Shown in pieces: positions 38,815-64,000 of a stretch of DNA of 64,000 nt. How positions within the stretch are numbered: position 1 is the first letter of the stretch; each line of letters opens with the position of its first letter. This DNA is from Asterias rubens (taxonomy: Eukaryota), in NCBI RefSeq assembly GCF_902459465.1, contig NC_047079.1, positions 11,036,001-11,100,000 on the forward strand. Direction: 5' to 3'. The notes under the pieces were generated by a model. That model searched no databases and was not told where the DNA came from. It saw only the letters and a program-made list of their open reading frames with translations. Both the position numbers and the translations under genes were made by a program.

Positions 38815-39836
38815 TTAAATATAATTGCTTCTCCTTTAGTGTGTGATCGATGACTGACAAATTTGTCAAAAGGTCCAGATGACTTTACCATCAGCATGTC
38901 ACATACTTCAGTTAACACAAAGCTGTTTTGCAGCTTGCCTTTGGAAAAGTCTCTCTTCAAAATTTGCAAATTTATATGACAGAAATACTTCTATAAATGC
39001 TGACCTAACTCTGTCTAAGAGTCGCAGTACTTATAAACAGCTCTTCATACAAAACACTTATTCTATACAGGTATATAATGTACAAATAGTCTCCACTGCA
39101 ACTTTCAGCAGTAGTATTGTGTTATTTTACTCCTGCATGTCTTGATACTTTCCTGTACTCATAGTACATTTCCTCAGATGTATATGTACTCATCTACAAC
39201 TTAAAAGTTAAGTACTCTTAAACTATACTTCTCATACATTTGTACACGTACTCTAGATCTGTACTCTGGATCTGTACTCATGTTATTCCTTATACTCAGG
39301 AAAATGTCCTCGGAAGTTGAGGGCTGAGTATATTGCAACTAGTCCCGAGCGTGTGCAATGATATTCCTTACTTCTTGAGTCATTCTTCTTATACATAGTA
39401 GTATAGTATAATATATATGTACATATATTCCAGGCCTGTATGCTTCATGTTTAAAAGGGCAAGGGCACCAAGGCATTTTCTCCTTATGAGGAAATTGTAA
39501 ATTTCTACAGGAGCATTTCAAGGGCACCTAGGCAATGACCAGGGGGCATCGAGGCAATCGCCTTCGGTTGCCTCCGTGAAGTATCAGACCTTATAAAAAT
39601 GTGCTCATGAAAATGTACTCGGAGGTACTCAAGGGTCAAGTATTCGAACTAGTCCCTAGCATGTGCGATGATATGAGCCACCAAGCTATACTCGGACGAG
39701 TAACTCGTCCTAACTGGAGATAGGACTAGTCTAAACTCTATGTTCTTGCACTAATTTTGCTCTGTACTCATGTTATTCCTTAAAAAATGTACTCATGAAA
39801 TTGTACTCGGAGGTACTCAAGGGCCGAGTATTCTAA

Positions 39837-55895
<16,059 letters not shown>

Positions 55896-56261
55896 CGTGG
55901 TTGTTGGCGTTGTTGCTATGGTAATGTGCCGGTAAGATTCAAACTGTCAACAAGGAGACTTGAACCGATGATGTTAGGCCTGGAGTGGAAGAAAGATGGT
56001 ATACATGTACGATTTAATTCACCGAGCCAATCCAAGAAAGGGACTTTGTACTTTGAGGAAGATCTGCTTGCCATATGAACGTTACACTCAATTTCCTGAT
56101 CTACCAAACAATTTTCATGATGTGTAGTAGTCTCTTAAAATACTACACAGTCATGATCATGACATAAGTAGTTACCCGGCCTGATATATCACGTAGGCAA
56201 TGGAGGCGATTGCCTCCATGCCCCCTGGTTAATTGCCTTGTTGCACTTGCCCTTTCAAAAA

Positions 56262-56432
56262 CAAAGCATACAGGACTGCATTACACGCAGTATAAACTAA
56301 CTACGCAGTAAAGTTTGCGAAACTTGGTTCAAGTCCAGGATGCATGCAGTTCAAAGCATACAGGACTGCATTACACGCAGTATAAACTAACTACGCAGTA
56401 AAGTTTGCGAAACTTGGTTCAAGTCCAGGATG
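56262..56432. repeat. Perfect 81-bp tandem duplication (period 90)
   Basis: 56262-56342 is identical to 56352-56432. Confidence 0.85.
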
Positions 56433-59400
56433 TATTGTGCATACTTGTACATGTAATGTAGGTCACAAAGAAATCTACATTGTATGCTTTAAAAAACCAG
56501 GAACCTCTTGCCAACACTCAAAATTAGGGGTGGGGTGTTTTTATAAAACTTCACAACTAATCTTATCTCCAAATAATCAATCTTACCTAAAAGCCATTAT
56601 ACACTTTCGGAACAGAAAAAAAATTCACAAATTTACAAATAACTTACAGGGTTTACAGAAGGTAAAGGTAAAAGACTTCTCTTGAAATATTATTCCATGA
56701 AATGTTTTACTTTTTGAGAACACATTGAAACAATTACCAATTCTCGACAACGAGAATTACGGATTTATAGTAAACACAAGTCATGACACGGCGAAACGTG
56801 CGGAAACAAGGGTGGGTTTTCCCGTTGTTTTCTCCCGACTCCGATGACTGATTGAGCCTAAATTTTCACAGGTTTGTTATTTTATATATAAGTTGTGATA
56901 CACGAAGTGTTGGCCTTTGGACAATACTATGTACCGAAAGTGTCCAATGGCTTTAAAACAATCTTAAACTCCTCAATTTTACAATTAATCTTGATCTCTT
57001 TTTTGTTGCCTACCAAATCAATCATTGAGAACGCTTTCAAATATCAGTCTACATTGTAATTTAGGCAGATAGAATAAATTAATTAAAAATTTCTTGTACA
57101 TTCTTTCTCAGCGTACAGTGCAGTCGTATCACAAAACACTGATGTACCATGACTAACGTTTCGGTTGTCTCAACTTTGTATTAAGGGAATCAATGTGTGG
57201 TGAAGAGGTTTTCAACTAGTGGTTTAATCCCAACGAGGCCTGGTTCTTGATAATTTCACCGAGATGAAGTCGAGGTAAATTATCAAGAACCAGGCCTCGG
57301 TGGGCTATAATGTCATGATCTATCGTTGGCTCAGTTGTTTTACATTACAGCAGGGCCCCATTTCATAGAGCTGCTAAGCATCAAGTGCCTTGATAAAAAC
57401 AGGATTACCAACCAAATTTTCAACAACAGCTGAATACAAAATGCTAAGATTAATCCGTCTGTATCTCGAGTTTAGGACGCGTAACTAACTAGTCCTACTG
57501 CCTCCAGAACTGCCTCCTACTGCCTCCGAACTGCCTCCAGCTGCCGGGCGACCTCGGTGGTCTAGTTGGTAAGACACTGCTCTGGAATTGCAAGGGTCGT
57601 GGGTTCGAATCCCACTCGAGTAACATGCCTGTGATATTTTTTCACAGGACTCGGGAAAGTACTGAGTATACAGTGCTAACACACATCGGTGTATGGGTAA
57701 AAACCAAAATTAATATTCTTTATCCCCGATGCAAATTTAACATCTATTATAACTAGTCCTACATACATCATGTATGTATGTATGTATGTAACTTAACCTC
57801 AATGTTTACTTGTTTCAGTTCAAGGCTTAGACTCGTCCTAAGATTAATCCTTAGTTAGGAAGAGTTTGGTGAAATCGACGACTGTTCGGGCAAGGGCACC
57901 AAGGCATTCGGGGTGAAGGCAGCCTGGGTAAAGGGCACCCTATAAAGAAATTATACATTTTGACAAAATTACCATTAATGGTGTTGAGGAAGATTTTGTT
58001 GGGTTGAGCCTTCCTCTATGGGTTGGGGAAGCCCCATATTGACATTTACACACACATTACAAATAGTAAATTAAACCACTCAAAAGAACTTCATTTTCAG
58101 ACAGACTTTAATGAGTGAAATTTGTTTTGCCCGATACACACTATTTTGAAATTCATTTCTCAGAGTATGGAATATGATGTAAACAATATTTTACAATTAT
58201 TTTTAAATGGACTGCAATCATGGCAATATGAGTGCCTAATAACAGCCCCCGCACTGTGCCCACACACCCCAACCCCACAGTCATGCAAATAGACCTTCCT
58301 TCAGCACAAATTGTTGACGATTCTTTTCAATTAGCAACTAGATGCATCCTACACACACCATACGGTGATCCATTCTACATCTGTACAGTGCAATAGGAGA
58401 CTTTCCAACACTAGGTGGCAGCAGACATACCGGGTAAATTTCCATTGTTTACTTAGTTCTGAACATGCGCATAATTCTGAGAACAATGGATTTACCCGGT
58501 AAGTCTGCTGCCCTCTATCGTCCCAGAAAGTCTCCCATTGCTCATTGTCAAATATCAATACATTTTTATGTAAATTCACGTGTCATCCAACCGCCATCTA
58601 CACAGCAGGCCTGCTACATGTACTTCACAGAGGCATCGTAGGCGATTGCCTCCATGCCCCGTCATTGCCTATGTACATGTAGGTGCCCACAGTAAATATT
58701 TACAATTTCCTTATTGGGTGCCTTTTACCAAGGAGAAAATACCTTGGTGCCCTTGCCCTTTCAAAAACGAAGCATATAGGCCTGAAATTCTTTTCAAAGC
58801 AATCAGATGCATCGTCACCATACTGTGCAATCCATAACAGATACCGTACAATGCAATTGATCATACATGTATTTAATATAAATATAAATTTACTTGTCAT
58901 CCAACTGCCATCAACATATCCTGCCCAAGAACTCTACAATGTAGACCTTCATTGTATCTATAGTCATGATGTTTTGCAAAGAAACATAATTTTGTTCTTG
59001 TCTGGCCTTGTTTTGGACTGGTTTTAATTGAAATGGCACATGTTGTCACTATAAATGGTTTAATGAATAGACAGCAGTCAATTCATTCATACATGTTCAC
59101 ACTGTTTATGAATACAACCTCCATATTACATTTTCTCAAGGGTAAACCATGAACACGATGGAAACCTTGTGAATGACCCAAATCTCTTGGGGTTTTCCCA
59201 GGGTTATCATCATGTGAACTTTACACAACACTGGGTGCATAGCAGAGATGAAAAAAAATTACATGTCGGAGAACGATTTTATTTGTATAGCAGAGCAAAA
59301 TGCAACGCAAAATGTGTCGTTGCTATTCAAAAATCATCATTTACTGCTCAATATTGGCATTAATGGTGCACAAAATCTGTTTCAGTCAAAATGTTTTGCT

Positions 59401-61145
59401 ATGCAAAATTGCCAGATGAAATCGTTCCCTGCATGTCGCCAAGTGCATTTTTTTCTTCTTTTCCATTTTTTGGCAACGCAATGAAAAACCCATCAAATGA
59501 GTACATGATACACTTTACATCATGTATTAAAAACAGCTTTCCTTTTTGTCTTATTTACAGGGTGTTTTTATGCACACAGGGAGCTTTGCAAATAAAATAA
59601 GGACAAATGATTCTGACATTGATTTAACTTAAAGGACAGAATCAGCAGACATGTAGGAAATAGTTTACAATAAACACTGAAATTTCTTGAATCAAATATA
59701 AAGTACAAATAAAAAATGGTCATGTTGGACTACTCAACTCAATTATTGTTTTTAACACACACTGTAAACAAACTAAATTGTAGTGAAAAGAAATGCTCCC
59801 TTGTTAACAGGTTCCTCAGGCTTATGAGCTACAGTGATTAGGTTCGCGAGGCATCCTTGTTTCATTACCAAAATTAATGGACACTAAATTGGTAATTACT
59901 CAAAATACTAATTAGCATAAAACCTTACTTGATTATGAGTAATGGGGAGAGGTTGAGAGTATAAAACATTGTGAGAAACGGCTCCCTCTGAAGTGCCATA
60001 GTTTTCGAGAAAGAAGTAATTTTTCACGAATTTGATTTCGAGACCTCAGATTTAGAACTTGAGGTCTCAAAATCAAAACCATCTAAACACACACAACTTC
60101 GTGTGACAAGGGTGTTTTCTTCTTTCATTAATATCTCGCAACTTTAAACACCGATTGAGCTCAAATTTTCACAGGTTTGTTATTTTATGCATGTTGAGAC
60201 ACACCAACTGTGAAGACTGGTCTCTGACAATTACCAATTAGTCAACGTTTCTGCTATATAACATTACAGGCTATATCAGTGTGGGAAATAAAGCACTTTT
60301 TTTACATTATCCTATCCAGATCCAACTACATGTACTTCCATTGAGAGTGATTACAAACCAATTATTTAAAGACACTGGACACTACTGGACACTATGTTTC
60401 ACATGCTTGATTTCAAGACCTCAAATTCTAAATCTGAGGTCTCAAAATCAAATTTGTTTTATAAATAGAAACAGCTCCCCATTCACATGGAGGAACATGA
60501 CGTTACCAAGTAAGGTTTTATGCTAATAATGCTTTGAGTAAAATCAATCCACTGCCCTAATGCTCAAACCATAAAGAAAATTTATGAGGCCATAAAAAAA
60601 CACCAGATTAGAATGTTAGAAATGCATGCGAATGACCTACTTTCGACTCCAGCATACAGAAAGACATGTTGATTTGGCCACCGGCTAGTAAGACCCGTGC
60701 AATATCCCTGGTCCTTCGTACAACAATCCAACGTATGGACAACTAAACGTTCACCATCATTATCTACCCAAAGGGAATTGTCAATTTCCTGTTTGTTCCG
60801 AGTCGCTAGTGATAAAGTAATAGCAGAATACAACATCCTTCAGTCAGTCACCATGACCATGAAATCAGATTAATCCTGCTTGTGGCCAACACAATTTTTT
60901 CGGTTGTTACTGGTCAGTGTGAAGATCGTATTTGTATTTTTTTGTTCATCTTTTGTTTCGCTTCAATTACAATGTAGGATTATTTTGGATTATTTTCTGG
61001 AGCATCATGAGCAAGTCTGACACTTCACAGCGATTGAGGCAATCTCTTCCATGCCCCAAGTTTAATGGCTTTGATGCCCTTTGAAGAATATTTACAGTAC
61101 AAATTTTGTAACCCTGTCTTATACAGTATATATAACAGATGTTAA

Positions 61146-61524
61146 AGGCAGTGGACACTTTTGGTAATTGTCAAAGACTAGCCTTCACAGTTGGTGTATC
61201 TCAACATATCCATAAAAGAAATAACCTGTGAAAATTTGAGCTCAATCGGTCATCAAAGTTGCGAAATAACAATGAAAGAAGAAAACACCCTTGTCACACA
61301 AACTTGTGTGCGTTTAGATGGTTGATTTCGAGACCTCAAGTTCTAAATCTGAGGTCTCGAAATCAAATTCATGGAAAATTACTTCTTTCTCAAAAACTGT
61401 GGCACTTCAGAGGGAGCCGTTTCTCACAATGTTTTATATCTTCAACCTCTCCCCATTACTCGTAATCAAGAAAGGTTTTATGCTTATAATTATTTTAAGT
61501 AATTACCAATAGTGTCCACTGCCT
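61146..61524. mobile_element. Kolobok-type MITE family 1
   Basis: Complete TIRs with TTAA on both sides. Confidence 0.85.
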
Positions 61525-63026
61525 TTAAATTTGCATCGGGATAAAGAATATTATTATTATTTTTTTTTTTACCCATACACCGATGTGTGATAGCACTGTA
61601 TACTCGGTACTTTCCAGAGTCCTGTGAAAAAATATCACAGGCATGTTACTCGGGTGGGATTCGAATCGACGACCCTTGCAATTCTTACTAACTAAGTCTT
61701 ACCAACTAGACTACCGAGGTTGCCCGGCAGCTAGAGGCAGTTCGAATCCTATGTTTTGGCAGCGGGTACCGCTGTCTTATAATATAGAAGTGCCCCTTGG
61801 AAAAAATTTCTTTCCCTATATAACAGTATAATAAATAAGAAGGAATGCACAAGCCTGGTTGAGAGTTTCTACATTGTAAGAACATGTAGGCCAACATGTA
61901 TGTTGTCAAAATTTTGAATTTAATTATTTGTTATGATTGTGATTATCAGTGTGTTCTCTGTTCCACTAGTAAATGACACTTTTTACCTTTATTATTTCAG
62001 TGAAAATTCCCTCGATTTCTTTTATAAAAATTATAATGCACAGTTCTGTAATGTTATTAAATGTACATTGTAATGCTATAGTGTGACTGTTGTACCAAAC
62101 AAACAAAAAGTTTGCTCTTACTTCAGTTTTCTGCGTACTTTGCTTCGAGTTTGGGACTGTGTTAGGCCCTAGTGGTTTTAAAGTAAAACACTACAGTGAG
62201 GATCAACAACAACAATTTATTGACAAACAAAAGACAGACATTTTAAGGGGAAATCCCTCTGATGGGCCGATAGGAGCACTTCCTCATGACAACTACAATA
62301 CACATATGCAGCAGGCCAGTGCCCAATTTTCATAAAGCCTGTAAGCAATAAAACTAATGCTAAGCACAGAAAACTCTTGCTTACTAAGAAGAGATTACCA
62401 GCTAAAATACTGCACGTTAACATTGCTGTGACTGACTGGTACCCTGCTCATTTCTTGCTTACAGCAAAGAAATTTGCTTTATGAAATTGGGCCCGGATAT
62501 TTCATCGCCTCCGTTGCCCTGTGCAGTTACGAGGTTTACAAGGTTCTCTCGAGCGGCAAGCAACAATGTACCAGAACCAGACAATGTACCAGAACTTACC
62601 AGAGCCTGGAGTGAAATGGTCACAAATAAATTTCCTAAGTTGATAATCAGTTCATGATTATGGGTGGGGCTAAGTTTCTCTTTCAGAATATTGTCATTGC
62701 TTTCCTTACTTTCTCAAATCCCTCAATACACCACACATTTCTAACAATCTCCAGTTACTAATACTAGTGAACATCAACAATGCAAATTGTTTTGCACACA
62801 CAGTTAATACGGGGGATACATTTGTTTACAAAGCATTGTTTATGTTTTTTTGTTAGCAAGTTGAAGTTCAATGAGTTACATCACACGATGAAGTCGAAAA
62901 GTCAAACAGAAAATGTTTTTTCAGAATTTTACCTGAACAGCTCGCCCGTAATCGACTTTGAATCCCATCCTTTCAGCTGATTTCACCACAAAGAGTAGCT
63001 CGAAATACAATCAATGATACGCATAC

Positions 63027-63875
63027 CTCACTTCTCAAACTGTCATTTGCAAAAGGTTTCCGAAAAGATTACAACATTTGGTGAGGGATAATTTCCGATG
63101 TTGACTTCGAGCTAGCGGACAAGGAAGTGAAAATAAAAATCTAAATCTTGTGCATGGAAACCGATGCCTCTATACACGAAACACATGATTTATTTTCACT
63201 TTGTGGGTACCTGGCTATTTAATCTCGTTCCCAGGGTGTTTTAGTAATGGTTTTAAAACTATGATTTTCGCTCGTTCCCACATTATCTTTGTACATAAAT
63301 AAAAATGAAACAAATTGAGTTTATCTGAAAGTTTATTAGTTTGTTTTCGTGATTGAACAATGTTTTCATAACAAACACAAACCAAGTTATTACTATTAAT
63401 ATTTTGTGCTCCAAAAATACTTTCATATTAAAATAAAAGCTGAGAGTCACCCATTTGAAAGAGGTGCCACACAGAAACCGGCCCCTCCCAAAATCCCAGA
63501 CCCAAGTTGTTTATTTGTATATCGCTAATATTTATTGTTTTTATGACCTTGGAAGTGTAATTACAATCGCCCTTTTCAAATAATATCTTTTGAGCTAACT
63601 ATTGTAGAGCAAAATGACATGGGTAAAATCAGTAAATGCTTATACTTGTAGTCAGATAGACAGAGGACAGAAACAATTTTTTTTAATGTTAACTCAAGAT
63701 TTGAGAGAGAAAAAAACAGACATTTATGTCGCTGGAAAAAACTTCTCTACGGTAATCATGTATACTGCCCTCTGTTGAGCATAATGTCAATATTTCTTTA
63801 GACGGGTACCCGTAACGTAGAACCGTCCGACGTCTCCGCCGTACCCAAAACGTCGTTCGTGAAAAGTTTGTAAAC
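63027..63875. promoter_or_regulatory. Probable divergent promoter region PI3K/AGXT
   Basis: Minus-strand donor GAG/GTATGC at 63027 could end a non-coding first PI3K exon that joins the acceptor near 55947. ETS-like GGAAGTG near 63122. Inference only. Confidence 0.35.
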
Positions 63876-64000
63876 ATGGCGCATCTTCCGAGAGAACCGA
63901 CTTTAAAGCTCCGCATTTCTCCTTCTAGTGAGCTACTCAAGCCCATTAATGTCCCACAGAAGTTGCTAATGGGACCGGGGCCGTCCAATATCCCGCCCCG
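63876..64000 (+). CDS. AGXT: Alanine-glyoxylate / serine-pyruvate aminotransferase, 5' end (runs off the right edge)
   Basis: MAHLPREPTLKLRISPSSELLKPINVPQKLLMGPGPSNIPP matches the AGXT N-terminus (human [22 protein letters not shown]). Too short to appear in the ORF track. Confidence 0.88.
   Translation, partial: MAHLPREPTLKLRISPSSELLKPINVPQKLLMGPGPSNIPP

Noticed and set aside
56262-56432. Perfect 81-bp duplication as a functional element
   Set aside because: Complete identity with no motif content is equally explained by a very recent slip or an assembly artefact.

Overview
AT-rich, intron-containing animal genomic DNA. DeuSINE-type SINEs and the gene set suggest an invertebrate deuterostome, probably an echinoderm (inference). 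Gene order: mTOR 5' end (-, first 3 coding exons), head-to-head with an intronless-CDS UBIAD1 (+); two tandem paralogous 3-exon genes for secreted 12-cysteine Kazal-variant proteins (+), the second with a long acidic/Tyr-rich tail; an intronless atypical class A GPCR (-); a complete 17-coding-exon class IA PI3K p110 (beta/delta-like, about 1055 aa, -); and the 5' end of AGXT (+) at the right edge. Non-coding DNA is dense in Kolobok-type (TTAA) and Harbinger-type MITEs, tRNA-derived SINEs, two R4/Dong-like retrotransposon fragments and Penelope-type terminal repeats with minimal hammerhead ribozymes, one apparently intact (47102-47140, -). Exon structures were built by hand from splice signals, frame continuity and recalled homology. 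No searches or folding programs were run. Two N-gaps are present. No rRNA, bona fide tRNA or CRISPR array was seen.
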